A stretch of DNA of 60,088 bases from contig JAHHUD010000001.1 in NCBI GenBank assembly GCA_020024185.1, positions 1 through 60,088 on the forward strand. The letters run 5' to 3'. This DNA is from Oscillospiraceae bacterium. GTDB taxonomy: Bacteria > Bacillota > Clostridia > Oscillospirales > Ruminococcaceae. The translations under genes were made by a program, and so were the position numbers. Position 1 is the stretch's first letter, and the number at the start of each line of letters is the position of its first letter. Below are positions 27,789 through 37,098 of the stretch, piece after piece. The notes under the pieces were generated by a model. That model was not told the DNA's origin. It did not search any database and saw only the letters and a program-made list of their open reading frames with translations.

Positions 27789-29078
27789 ATGAAAGTTTGT
27801 TTTTTCACATTAGGATGTAAAGTTAATCAGCAGGAAACTGCTGCAATGATGAATATATTTTCAAAAAATGGCTGGGAAATTGCAGAGGATAAACAAGTAA
27901 GTGATGTTTACATTGTAAACAGTTGTACAGTTACCCTCAGTGGCGACAAAAAAAGTATCCAGTGGATACGTCGTGCAAAAAAACAAAATCCAGACGCAGT
28001 TATTGTTTTGTGTGGATGTATGCCACAAGCTTTCCCAGATAAAGCAAAAAATGTTGTTGAAGCCGACATTATTATTGGCAGCAAAGGCAAAGCTCGTATT
28101 TTTGAGCTTGTCCAAGAATTTATCAACAATAAACGCCGAATTGTAAATATTATTCCACACGGTCAAGACGATAAATTTGAAGAAATGGTTGAAGGTGCAG
28201 ACACTTTGCACACAAGAGCATTTCTCAAAATCCAAGACGGATGCAACCGACATTGTGCATATTGTATTATTCCAACTGCAAGAGGCAGAGTTCGTTCACG
28301 CTCTGTTGAAAGTATTGTTGCACAGGCAAAAAAACTTGCAGATATGGGGCATAAAGAAATTGTACTTACCGGTGTAAATATTTCTTGTTACGGTCAGGAT
28401 TTAGACATAAATGTATGTGATGTTATTGAAGCTGTTGCAGAAATACCAAATGTAGAAAGAATACGTTTTGGCTCTCTTGAGTTAGACCTTTTTACAGATG
28501 ATATGCTTGTAAGAATGAGCAAAGTCAAAAAGTTCTGTCCACACTTCCACCTTTCTTTACAAAGTGGTTGTGACAAAACTTTAAGTGCTATGAGCCGTTT
28601 GTATGATACAAAACTTTATACAGATATGATGAATAGACTTAGACAGCTTTTTGATAAGCCTGTATTTACAACTGACATTATTGTTGGTTTTCCTGGAGAA
28701 ACAGAAGAAGACTTTTTGCAAAGTGTAAAATATGTACAAAGTTGTAATTTCTTAAAAGTACATACTTTTTCATTCTCTCCAAGAGAAGGCACTGTTGCTT
28801 ATGAAATGAAAAATCAAATACCAAACGACATAAAACAGCAAAGACATAAAATCATGAGCTTTAAAGCAGACCAATGTAAAAACAAAGTTATGCAAGAATT
28901 TATTGGTTTTAAAGACACTGCTTTGCTTGAACAACAACTCCCAGACGGAAGTTTTACTGCATATACAAGCAGATATATTCCGGTTATTGTTAAAGGTGAA
29001 AATCTTAAAAGTGGCGATATTGTAAATATTCGTCTCACAGATATTGATGGTTCAAGAATGACTTGTGAAATAATATAA
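27789..29078 (+). CDS. mtaB: tRNA (N6-threonylcarbamoyladenosine) methylthiotransferase, MiaB-like
   Basis: UPF0004 N-domain (TLGCKVNQQE), radical SAM CNRHCAYC, TRAM C-terminus. 429 aa, of the MtaB/YqeV type. Confidence 0.85.
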   Translation: MKVCFFTLGCKVNQQETAAMMNIFSKNGWEIAEDKQVSDVYIVNSCTVTLSGDKKSIQWIRRAKKQNPDAVIVLCGCMPQAFPDKAKNVVEADIIIGSKGKARIFELVQEFINNKRRIVNIIPHGQDDKFEEMVEGADTLHTRAFLKIQDGCNRHCAYCIIPTARGRVRSRSVESIVAQAKKLADMGHKEIVLTGVNISCYGQDLDINVCDVIEAVAEIPNVERIRFGSLELDLFTDDMLVRMSKVKKFCPHFHLSLQSGCDKTLSAMSRLYDTKLYTDMMNRLRQLFDKPVFTTDIIVGFPGETEEDFLQSVKYVQSCNFLKVHTFSFSPREGTVAYEMKNQIPNDIKQQRHKIMSFKADQCKNKVMQEFIGFKDTALLEQQLPDGSFTAYTSRYIPVIVKGENLKSGDIVNIRLTDIDGSRMTCEII

Positions 29079-29092
29079 ATGAAAGTGTAATC

Positions 29093-29551
29093 ATGGAAAA
29101 CAAAAAAGATATTTTTGATAAAATAATGGAATTACCTTTAATAAATATTTTTAATCCGTTTTACAAAAAATACAAAGAACAGCTTTTATATTTATTCTTT
29201 GGATTTTGTACTTTTATGGTAAGTCTTATAATATTTACCATAGGTTGCTATAATTTTAATCTTGAAGAAATAACATCTAATAATATTTCTTGGGTTATTG
29301 CAGTTTTATTTGCATATATAACCAATAGAACTTGGGTTTTTGTAGATAAAGCGCATAATTTAAAAGGAATTTTTAAAGAAGTTTTTGCATTTTTTGCCGG
29401 GCGTTTCTTTACATTGCTTGTAGAAAACGGAATTATATATCTATTTATAACAATACTTGGATTTAATAGAATTGTCATAAAAATAATAGGTCAGATTATA
29501 ATAATTATATTAAACTACATAATAAGTAAATTATTTATATTTAAAAAATAA
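29093..29551 (+). CDS. GtrA-family membrane protein
   Basis: 152 aa with four TM helices and the GtrA-like pattern (LLYLFFG..., NRTWVF, FFAGRFF). Confidence 0.8.
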   Translation: MENKKDIFDKIMELPLINIFNPFYKKYKEQLLYLFFGFCTFMVSLIIFTIGCYNFNLEEITSNNISWVIAVLFAYITNRTWVFVDKAHNLKGIFKEVFAFFAGRFFTLLVENGIIYLFITILGFNRIVIKIIGQIIIIILNYIISKLFIFKK

Positions 29552-29576
29552 ATATAAAAATCTGTATTGAAAAATA

Positions 29577-29634
29577 AACTGCACCCCACTTGCTATTCAG
29601 TATATCGTACTGTCTAACAAATGAGGTGCAGTTT
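29577..29634. terminator. Long imperfect hairpin between convergent genes (bidirectional terminator)
   Basis: AAACTGCACC (29577-29586) pairs with GGTGCAGTTT (29625-29634). Inner pairings include CAGTA/TACTG. T-rich tail on the minus strand. Confidence 0.55.
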
Positions 29635-29670
29635 AAAATTTATATAACATTTATTTTTTATTATAGTAAA

Positions 29671-30642
29671 TTAAAGCACTTCTTTTAAAACTCGCTGAGC
29701 ATTTTTATAAGCAACTTTTTCTATATCATCATAATTCATGCCATTTTTAAGCAATACATCCCATATTTTTTCTATCTCAAGTGTATTAGCCACTTCAAGA
29801 TTGCCAGAAATACCGTCAAAATCAGAGCCAATGGCAACACATTCGATACCACCCTTGTTTGCCATATGTACAATATGTTTTGCTATATCACAAAGACGGC
29901 TATCGTCACTGTTTATATCAGGATTTACAAAAGCAGGACAAAAGTTTATACCAGATACCCCACCATTATTTCCAAGTGCTTTTATCATTTCATCTGTAAG
30001 ATTTCTAGGATGAGGAGAAAGCGCTCTGCAACTGGAATGAGATGCAACAATTGGTTTTTTGCTTAAGTTTATAACATCCCAAAATCCACCGTCAGAAAGA
30101 TGAGAAACATCTATAAGTATGCCTTTATTATTCATATATTCAACTGCTTGCTTACCAAAATCTTTAAGCCCCAATTGCATAAGTTTTGGGTCAAATGAGT
30201 TAGAAAAACCAAAGCAGTTTTCACTGTTCCAGACAAAAGTAACAAGTCTTAATCCCATATTATAATACTTATCAAATTTATCAAAATCTCCGTTTATACT
30301 TCTGCCATCTTCCATAGATAAAAATGCTGATACTTTTCCATTTTTCTCATTTTCAAGCATATCAGCACAATTTCTTGCCCACCCGAGATATTCCGGATAT
30401 TTTTTTATTGTATTATCAAGATTATTATAAAGGTCATTTATAAAATCATCGTCATTGTAAGCTGGCTGTATGTTTTTAATCCAATCTGTTGGAGGAACAA
30501 AAATTGCAAAAAACTGAGCCAATGCCCCAGCTTGTTTAAGTTTTTTGACATCAACCATAAAATCTTTTCTGTCAAACATATCATTATTTTTAGTTTCAAA
30601 AGCCATACATAAGCTATCGCAATGTAAGTCTATATATTTCAT
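29671..30642 (-). CDS. Membrane dipeptidase (peptidase M19 family)
   Basis: DLHCDS N-terminal metal motif, DVSHLSD, SHSS, GSDFDG. 323 aa. Confidence 0.9.
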   Translation of the reverse strand: MKYIDLHCDSLCMAFETKNNDMFDRKDFMVDVKKLKQAGALAQFFAIFVPPTDWIKNIQPAYNDDDFINDLYNNLDNTIKKYPEYLGWARNCADMLENEKNGKVSAFLSMEDGRSINGDFDKFDKYYNMGLRLVTFVWNSENCFGFSNSFDPKLMQLGLKDFGKQAVEYMNNKGILIDVSHLSDGGFWDVINLSKKPIVASHSSCRALSPHPRNLTDEMIKALGNNGGVSGINFCPAFVNPDINSDDSRLCDIAKHIVHMANKGGIECVAIGSDFDGISGNLEVANTLEIEKIWDVLLKNGMNYDDIEKVAYKNAQRVLKEVL

Positions 30643-30710
30643 ATAAAATCTCCTTAAAAATATTATTAAGTATAATAATACCCCTTATATTTTATATTTA
30701 CAAGTTATTT

Positions 30711-30746
30711 TAAATAAACAAAAAGCAGACTTTTTTAAGTCTGCTT
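30711..30746 (-). terminator. Intrinsic terminator after rpsU
   Basis: AAGCAGACT (30723-30731) / AGTCTGCTT (30738-30746) with a 6-nt loop, followed on the minus strand by TTTGTTTATTT. Confidence 0.75.
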
Positions 30747-30758
30747 AAGTTTTATGAG

Positions 30759-30935
30759 TTATTTAAATTTACGTTTACGAGCTGCTTCAGCTTTTTTCTT
30801 ACGTTTTACTGAAGGTTTTTCGTAATGCTCACGTTTGCGAACTTCTGCAAGAACGCCTGATTTTGCACATGAACGCTTAAAGCGACGAAGTGCTGAATCT
30901 AATGATTCATTATCTTTAACTCTAATTTCTGACAT
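30759..30935 (-). CDS. rpsU: 30S ribosomal protein S21 (58 aa, absent from the ORF track)
   Basis: My translation of the minus strand: [58 protein letters not shown]-stop. GGGAG RBS upstream, with its own promoter and terminator. Confidence 0.93.
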   Translation of the reverse strand: MSEIRVKDNESLDSALRRFKRSCAKSGVLAEVRKREHYEKPSVKRKKKAEAARKRKFK

Positions 30936-30998
30936 CTATTTCACTCCCTTACGCTTTTTGCTTATATTTGTTTAAAATTATTTAAACATCACATAACA

Positions 30999-31027
30999 AT
31001 TATACAGATTTAGCTTATCATTGTCAA
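30999..31027 (-). promoter_or_regulatory. Perfect consensus sigma-A promoter of rpsU
   Basis: Minus strand TTGACA (31022-31027), 17 nt, TATAAT (30999-31004). Confidence 0.7.
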
Positions 31028-31036
31028 TAAGTTTTT

Positions 31037-33445
31037 TTATTTTACAACTATATTTACCAATTTATTTGGAACACAAATCTGTTTAACAATTGTTTTATCA
31101 CCAATAGCTGATTTAACACTTTCATCATTAAGTGCAATTTCAATCATCTGTGCATTTTCAAGGTTTAAAGCCATATTAATTCTTGCTTTAATCTTGCCGT
31201 TAACTTGTACCGGAATTTCAACAGTAGACTCCACACATTTTGCCTCATCATATTTTGGCCAGTGTGCCTGTGCAATCTGTCCCCCAAAATTCATTTCTTC
31301 CCATATTTCTTCTGTTATATGTGGAGCAAATGGATTTAACAAGATAAGCAATGTTTTATATTCACCTTTTGTGATAGATTTCTTTTCGTTAATTTCATTA
31401 AGCAAAGCCATCATAGATGCAATTGCTGTATTAAAACCAAGATTAAGAATATCGTTTGTAACTTTTTTTATTGTTTTATTGAAAGAAATTTCCAACTCTT
31501 TTGAGTATTCTTCACCATCAACAACAATATTTTGCAAATTCCAGATTTTGTCAAGGAAACGTTTGCAACCTTTAATAGAGCTTTGGCTCCAAGGAGCAGC
31601 TTTTTCAAAGTCGCCCATAAACATTTCATAAAGACGCATTGTATCTGCACCGTATTCTGCAACGATATCATCTGGATTTACAACATTACCACGAGATTTT
31701 GACATCTTTTCGCCTGTTTCACCAAGAATCATACCATGACTTGTTCTCTTTGCGTATGGTTCTTTTGTTGTTACAGCACCAATATCATAAAGGAATTTAT
31801 GCCAGAAACGTGAATAAAGCAAGTGAAGTGTTGTATGTTCCATACCACCATTATACCAGTCAACCGGCATCCAATAATCCATTGCTTCTTTGCTTGCAAG
31901 AGCGTCATTATTATGTGGGTCAATATAACGCAAGAAATACCAAGAAGAACCTGCCCACTGTGGCATAGTATCTGTTTCTCTTTTTGCAGGGCCACCACAT
32001 TTTGGACAAGTTGTATTTACCCAATCTGTAAGGCGTGCAAGAGGACTTTCACCTTCTCCTGTTGGTTCAAAATCCATAAGTTCCGGAAGCTCCAAAGGAA
32101 GCTGGTCTTCTGGAACTGGTTCCCACCCACAATGTGGACAGTAAATCATAGGGATAGGTTCACCCCAATATCTCTGACGAGAGAAAATCCAGTCACGAAG
32201 TTTATAGTTTGTTTTGCTTTCGCCTATTTTATTTTCTGTAAGCCATTCAATGATTTTAACCTTAGCTTGTTCAACAGATAACCCGTCAAGAAATCCACTG
32301 TTTGTCATTATACCAGTTGCACAGTCAGTAAATGCTTCTTTTTCAACATCTCCACCTTTTACAACTTCTATAATTGGAAGATTAAATGCTTTTGCAAATT
32401 CCCAGTCACGAGTATCATGTCCAGGAACAGCCATAATTGCACCTGTGCCGTATGTTGCAAGAACATAGTCAGAAATAAATATAGCAATTTCTTTCCCGTT
32501 TACTGGGTTAATTGCTCTTACACCTTTAAGTTCAACACCTGTTTTTTCTTTTGAAAGTTCTGTTCTTTCAAGTTCAGATTTTCTTGCAGCTGCTTGTCTG
32601 TAAGCAACAACTTCATCATAGTTTTCAATGCTATCTTTCCACTGGTCAACAAGCTTATGTTCTGGTGCCATAACCATATATGTTGCACCAAACAGTGTAT
32701 CTGGTCTTGTTGTGTATATTTCGATTGTATCGCCTTTTGTTGACTTAAATTTAACCTGCGCCCCTGTTGAGCGTCCAATCCAGTTTTTCTGTTGTGCAAC
32801 AACACGGTCAATAAAGTCTACATCATCAAGTCCATCAATAAGTTTATCAGCATAATCTGTTATTTTAAGAACCCATTGACTTTTTACTTTTCTTACAACT
32901 TCGCTTGAGCATCTTTCACAAACGCCGTTTACAACTTCTTCATTTGCAAGAACAACTTTACAGCCTGTACACCAGTTAACATTCATTTCTTTTTTGTATG
33001 CAAGGCCATGTTTGAACATTTGAATAAAAATCCACTGTGTCCATTTATAGTAGTTTTTATCTGTTGTATTGATTTCTCTGTCCCAGTCAAAAGAAAGTCC
33101 CAAACTTTTAAGCTGTTGTTTAAAACGAGCAACATTATTTTTTGTAACAATTTCTGGGTGTATATGGTTTTTCATTGCAAAGTTTTCAGTTGGCAAACCA
33201 AAAGCATCCCAACCCATAGTGTACATAACATTATAACCATCAAGTCTTTTTTGTCTGGAAATAATATCCATAGCTGTATAAGAACGTGGGTGACCAACGT
33301 GCAAGCCAGCCCCTGATGGATATGGAAACTCTACAAGACCATAGAATTTTGGCATTGTATAGTCTGTTTTAGTGGCAAATGTTTTTTCATTATCCCAAAT
33401 GCCCTGCCATTTTTTTTCTATGGCAGAAAAGTTATAATCTTTCAT
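31037..33445 (-). CDS. leuS: Leucine--tRNA ligase
   Basis: HIGH-type [10 protein letters not shown] and [10 protein letters not shown]1 editing domain. 802 aa. Confidence 0.98.
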   Translation of the reverse strand: MKDYNFSAIEKKWQGIWDNEKTFATKTDYTMPKFYGLVEFPYPSGAGLHVGHPRSYTAMDIISRQKRLDGYNVMYTMGWDAFGLPTENFAMKNHIHPEIVTKNNVARFKQQLKSLGLSFDWDREINTTDKNYYKWTQWIFIQMFKHGLAYKKEMNVNWCTGCKVVLANEEVVNGVCERCSSEVVRKVKSQWVLKITDYADKLIDGLDDVDFIDRVVAQQKNWIGRSTGAQVKFKSTKGDTIEIYTTRPDTLFGATYMVMAPEHKLVDQWKDSIENYDEVVAYRQAAARKSELERTELSKEKTGVELKGVRAINPVNGKEIAIFISDYVLATYGTGAIMAVPGHDTRDWEFAKAFNLPIIEVVKGGDVEKEAFTDCATGIMTNSGFLDGLSVEQAKVKIIEWLTENKIGESKTNYKLRDWIFSRQRYWGEPIPMIYCPHCGWEPVPEDQLPLELPELMDFEPTGEGESPLARLTDWVNTTCPKCGGPAKRETDTMPQWAGSSWYFLRYIDPHNNDALASKEAMDYWMPVDWYNGGMEHTTLHLLYSRFWHKFLYDIGAVTTKEPYAKRTSHGMILGETGEKMSKSRGNVVNPDDIVAEYGADTMRLYEMFMGDFEKAAPWSQSSIKGCKRFLDKIWNLQNIVVDGEEYSKELEISFNKTIKKVTNDILNLGFNTAIASMMALLNEINEKKSITKGEYKTLLILLNPFAPHITEEIWEEMNFGGQIAQAHWPKYDEAKCVESTVEIPVQVNGKIKARINMALNLENAQMIEIALNDESVKSAIGDKTIVKQICVPNKLVNIVVK

Positions 33446-33468
33446 TGTCTATCCCCTTATACCCACTC

Positions 33469-33496
33469 AAAGCACAGTCAATTAAGACTGTGCTTT
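33469..33496 (-). other. Perfect 11-bp hairpin in the rsfS-leuS spacer, no U-tract
   Basis: AAAGCACAGTC (33469-33479), 6-nt loop, GACTGTGCTTT (33486-33496). Followed on the minus strand by GAGTGGGTATAAGGGG (RBS region). Confidence 0.5.
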
Positions 33497-33542
33497 AAGG
33501 ATAATTTTTAATTATTTATATTTGTATTATAACACAATAATA

Positions 33543-33887
33543 TTATTCCATTTCAACAGGTGTGCCATCAGCCCAAAGCTTATCAAGATTATAATATTCT
33601 CTTGCTTGTGGATGGAAAATATGCACAATAACAGTTTCATAATCAAGTAAAATCCAGTTTTTACTTTCATATCCTTCAACTCTTGCCGGTGTGATTTCAA
33701 GTTCTTTGTTAACCATAAAATCAACTTCATCAGCTAAAGATTTTACCTGTGTTGTGGAAGTACCTGTTGCAATAACAATATAATCTGTTACAACTGTAAG
33801 GTCATCAATTTTTATAATTTTTATATCCTGAGCTTTTTTATTATCAAGATATCCCGCTATTTTTTTTGAAAGTTCTAAACCGTTCAT
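33543..33887 (-). CDS. rsfS: Ribosomal silencing factor RsfS (iojap family)
   Basis: 114 aa, typical RsfS pattern (...DDLTVVTDYIVIATGTSTTQVKSLADEV...WILLDYETVIVHIFHPQAREYYNLDKLW). Confidence 0.93.
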   Translation of the reverse strand: MNGLELSKKIAGYLDNKKAQDIKIIKIDDLTVVTDYIVIATGTSTTQVKSLADEVDFMVNKELEITPARVEGYESKNWILLDYETVIVHIFHPQAREYYNLDKLWADGTPVEME

Positions 33888-33909
33888 ATATTCTCCTTAA
33901 AATTCAAGT

Positions 33910-34983
33910 TTACTCACTTTTTGATAATAATTCACCAATATTTGTTACAGAAATTGGTGTTTGACCATAGTCTTTTGTAATTTCACCTTTGATTGGGTCT
34001 ATATTAAGTTTTTCAACCGGTTTTTGATGTGGTCTGAAATTATCATTAATAATTTGTAACCATTCATCTTGTGGAATTTCCAAAAGGTTTTGGTCTCTCA
34101 CAATAACACCACGTACACCTGGTTTGATAAGAGCCATATCTTCGTATTTTATATTCATAGCTGTTGCAGCAATAGATGCCATTCTGCTCCAGTGCATATC
34201 TGTTGTGATATAAGGTGTGTATCTTGGAAGAATTTTCAATGTATCGCTGATACCAAGTTCCTTAAAGTATTTAATAACAGCTGCATAGAAATATCCTTGA
34301 ACTTCAAGACGTTGCATATCGCTGCCACTGTAGTTTCTGTTTCTAACAATAGCTTCTGCTGTTTCACCACCAATATTATATGTGCCTGGCTCTGCAATTA
34401 CTGTATGTTCTTTGCCGTTTTTGTCCTTTGTTTTAACAGGATATGGTACATACATTGGCAAACCGTAGTCAATACCGTCAACAATTTTTATAAATGCCTC
34501 CATATCAAGTGTGACATAATGGTCAACTGAAAGTCCAAAACGCTCATTAAGTGTTGTAATAACATTCAAAATGCTATCTTTTTCTTTACCTGCTTGATAT
34601 ACGCCATTTATTTTTCCTGTTACGGAAGGTTCTCCAACATAAGTATCTCTTGGAATTTGCAAAGCTTTTATAGTTTTGCCTTTTACGTCCATTGTCACAT
34701 AAACAATAACGTCAGCCATATATCCACTTCTGCCTTGTTCATAGTCAAGACCACAAATAAGAATATTTACAACATCATCTTTAACTTCTTCTGCTGTTTT
34801 AATATTTTCCGGAATTTTTTCACCAGTATTAAACATACTTCCAATCATATTATCAACAGCAAATATTATTATTCCAACTGCAAATATCGCAATAAGACAT
34901 CCCAAAAGAACTTTTTTAGGGTTTGACTTTTTCTTTCTTCTTTTCTTATTATGTTGATTGCTTGTATTTCTTTTTTCGCTCAT
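33910..34983 (-). CDS. LytR-CpsA-Psr (LCP) family cell-envelope phosphotransferase
   Basis: Basic cytoplasmic N-terminus, one TM, then an LCP domain (NILICGLD...RSGYMADVIVYV...IPRDTYV). Confidence 0.85.
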   Translation of the reverse strand: MSEKRNTSNQHNKKRRKKKSNPKKVLLGCLIAIFAVGIIIFAVDNMIGSMFNTGEKIPENIKTAEEVKDDVVNILICGLDYEQGRSGYMADVIVYVTMDVKGKTIKALQIPRDTYVGEPSVTGKINGVYQAGKEKDSILNVITTLNERFGLSVDHYVTLDMEAFIKIVDGIDYGLPMYVPYPVKTKDKNGKEHTVIAEPGTYNIGGETAEAIVRNRNYSGSDMQRLEVQGYFYAAVIKYFKELGISDTLKILPRYTPYITTDMHWSRMASIAATAMNIKYEDMALIKPGVRGVIVRDQNLLEIPQDEWLQIINDNFRPHQKPVEKLNIDPIKGEITKDYGQTPISVTNIGELLSKSE

Positions 34984-34998
34984 ATTGTCCTCCTTAAA

Positions 34999-36174
34999 CT
35001 ATGAATTTAACAGTTTTTCAAAATATTCTAACGCTTGTACACTGTCTAAATCCACAGCATTTCCTTTAGACTGCACCCATTCAATAGAGTGTTTAAGACT
35101 TTCACACATAGCTTTATCAAGATTTTCTCTCGCAATAGATAAAAGGTATTCTTTTTTATCAAATTTTCTTTCTGCACATAGCATATCAGCAAGATAAATT
35201 ATTTTTTCAATATCTTGCATTTCACTTCTTCCACATGTGTGACTTCTCAATGCCCACAAGATTTCTTTATCTTTTATTTTAAGCTCTTTTTCAGCATAAT
35301 CAGCCGCTGCAAAACCATGTAATGTTTGTAATGGCTTAATATGTGTATTCTGCATTATATCACTTTGCTGGGTTCTATGCAACAAAATATCATTAGATGC
35401 ATATTTCAATATATCGTGTAACAGTGCAGAAATTCTAAGTTTGTCAGTATCAACATGATAAATTTGTCCAAGTTCAACTGCAAGTTTTTCAACATTAAGA
35501 GTATGCTGGTATCTTTTTTCATCCAACATAAGTTTTGCCAAAAGTTTTGATGTGCCTTTTAATCTTTCTGTTTCATCACTTGAATATATTTTATTTTCTA
35601 TTACAATTTTATTTACATTTTCTGGCAAAATATCATTTAAGTTTATATTATCATGTATTTTTTCTCGATAATCGGAGGAAGATGCTGGTACAATATCATT
35701 TTTAATAATATGTATTTTTGCACCATTTTGTGTCAGTTTTTCAGCTTCAATTTGCATTATTCTTTCGACTTTGTTTTCTCTTGCAAAAGCTAAAATCGTA
35801 CAATTTTTGATTATATAATCAATGTTTTTCCAAGTTTTAAGATTTATAAGGCTATCTGAGCCTATAAGCATAAAAATCTCTGGATTATCATATTTTTCCT
35901 GCAAATATTGCAATGTAAGATATGTGTAATTATCTTTAAAACTTATTCCCTCATAATCACATATCTCAATATTTTCTGCTATATTACAAAAAGCCTCTTT
36001 TGCCATATAAACTCTTACATCAAACGGAGCAATGCAATTGTTTTTATGTGTTGGAGTACCTGTTGGTATCACCAAAACTTTATCAAAATCCGTGTATTGT
36101 ATAGCTTTTTTGAGTATTGAAACATGTCCTTTATGTGGAGGGTCAAAAGCTCCTCCAAATATCAAAATTTTCAT
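34999..36174 (-). CDS. nadD: Fusion protein: nicotinate-nucleotide adenylyltransferase (NadD) plus YqeK-type HD phosphohydrolase
   Basis: N-terminal half has GGAFDPPHKGH and SSSDYR (NadD). C-terminal half has an HD domain (YQHTLNVEKLAVELG, LLHDILK). Single uninterrupted frame. Start set at the ATG at 36172-36174 with GGAG 6 nt upstream; the track start is a TTG. Confidence 0.85.
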   Translation of the reverse strand: MKILIFGGAFDPPHKGHVSILKKAIQYTDFDKVLVIPTGTPTHKNNCIAPFDVRVYMAKEAFCNIAENIEICDYEGISFKDNYTYLTLQYLQEKYDNPEIFMLIGSDSLINLKTWKNIDYIIKNCTILAFARENKVERIMQIEAEKLTQNGAKIHIIKNDIVPASSSDYREKIHDNINLNDILPENVNKIVIENKIYSSDETERLKGTSKLLAKLMLDEKRYQHTLNVEKLAVELGQIYHVDTDKLRISALLHDILKYASNDILLHRTQQSDIMQNTHIKPLQTLHGFAAADYAEKELKIKDKEILWALRSHTCGRSEMQDIEKIIYLADMLCAERKFDKKEYLLSIARENLDKAMCESLKHSIEWVQSKGNAVDLDSVQALEYFEKLLNS

Positions 36175-36209
36175 GATAAACTCCAAATTTATAACTTTAT
36201 ATACTTAAT

Positions 36210-36500
36210 TTATATATCGTATTGTGAATCTTTATCTTTTTTAAGAAACAAAACAAATTTTGAGCCAATAACTTGTACGGAATCACAGCCAATCATTTGA
36301 CAAAGAAGATTTGCAGCTTCTTTTGAAGTATTTGGGCAAGTGTCAAGGACACGGCATTTGATAAGTTCTCTTGCCATAAGTGCAGTTTTTATTGCCTGTG
36401 CAGTTTCTTCTGTAACACCACTTTTACCTATTTGAAAAATTGTATCCATATGTTGAGCCTGACCACGAAGGTATGCTCTCTGTTTTGAATTTAAACTCAT
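36210..36500 (-). CDS. yhbY: YhbY/CRM-domain RNA-binding protein (ribosome assembly)
   Basis: 96 aa: LNSKQRAYLRGQAQHMDTIFQIGKSGVTEE...ELIKCRVL, typical of the YhbY/YqeI family. Confidence 0.88.
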   Translation of the reverse strand: MSLNSKQRAYLRGQAQHMDTIFQIGKSGVTEETAQAIKTALMARELIKCRVLDTCPNTSKEAANLLCQMIGCDSVQVIGSKFVLFLKKDKDSQYDI

Positions 36501-36512
36501 AATTATCCTCTT

Positions 36513-37097
36513 TTAAATAAAATTTTTAATTTCTTCTTTTAATTTTCTAAGTGCCTGCCCTCTATGGCTTATTGCGTCTTTATCTTGTGGGCTCATTTGT
36601 GAATAGCTTTTATCTTTAACCATAAAAACCGGGTCATACCCAAATCCACCTTCACCTATTCTTTCTGTTGCAATCCAACCTTCACAAGTTCCACGACAAA
36701 CTGTATGTCTGCCATCTGGCATATAAAGACAAACTGCACTTACAAATCTTGCATTTCTCTCTTCTTTTGGAATACCCTCAAGAATTTCAAGAAGTTTATC
36801 TATATTATCATCATCTGTTGCATTTTCTCCGGCATATCTTGCTGTAAAAACACCGGGTGCGCCATTCAAAGCATCAACCTCAAGACCACTATCATCACTT
36901 ATTGTTGGAAGATTTGACATTTGTGCAATTGTTCTGGCTTTTATAATTGCATTTTCCTCAAATGTTGTTCCATCTTCTTCAATTTCCACATCTATGCCAA
37001 GTTCTTTGAGTGTTTTTGCCTGTATATCAAAAGAATTTAATATACGCTGTATTTCTTTAAGCTTTTTCTGATTATTTGTTGCAACTGCAAAAACCAT
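36513..37097 (-). CDS. rdgB: Non-canonical purine NTP pyrophosphatase (RdgB/HAM1)
   Basis: ATNNQKKLKEI, SDDSGLEVDAL, FGYDPVF, SHRGQAL. Start moved to the ATG at 37095-37097 (M39 of the track ORF), with GGAG 9 nt upstream inside the end of ftsY. Confidence 0.9.
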   Translation of the reverse strand: MVFAVATNNQKKLKEIQRILNSFDIQAKTLKELGIDVEIEEDGTTFEENAIIKARTIAQMSNLPTISDDSGLEVDALNGAPGVFTARYAGENATDDDNIDKLLEILEGIPKEERNARFVSAVCLYMPDGRHTVCRGTCEGWIATERIGEGGFGYDPVFMVKDKSYSQMSPQDKDAISHRGQALRKLKEEIKNFI

Positions 37098-37098
37098 A

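Noticed and set aside
27861-28253. 130-aa minus-strand ORF, plus other antisense ORFs inside mtaB
   Set aside because: It is antisense to a well-supported MiaB-family gene. It is a shadow ORF.
31194-32281. Several 100-150-aa plus-strand ORFs inside leuS. Similar sets occur in recA, rimO, smc, addA, the LCP gene and others.
   Set aside because: All are antisense to strongly supported housekeeping genes, lack RBS motifs, and have skewed low-complexity composition.
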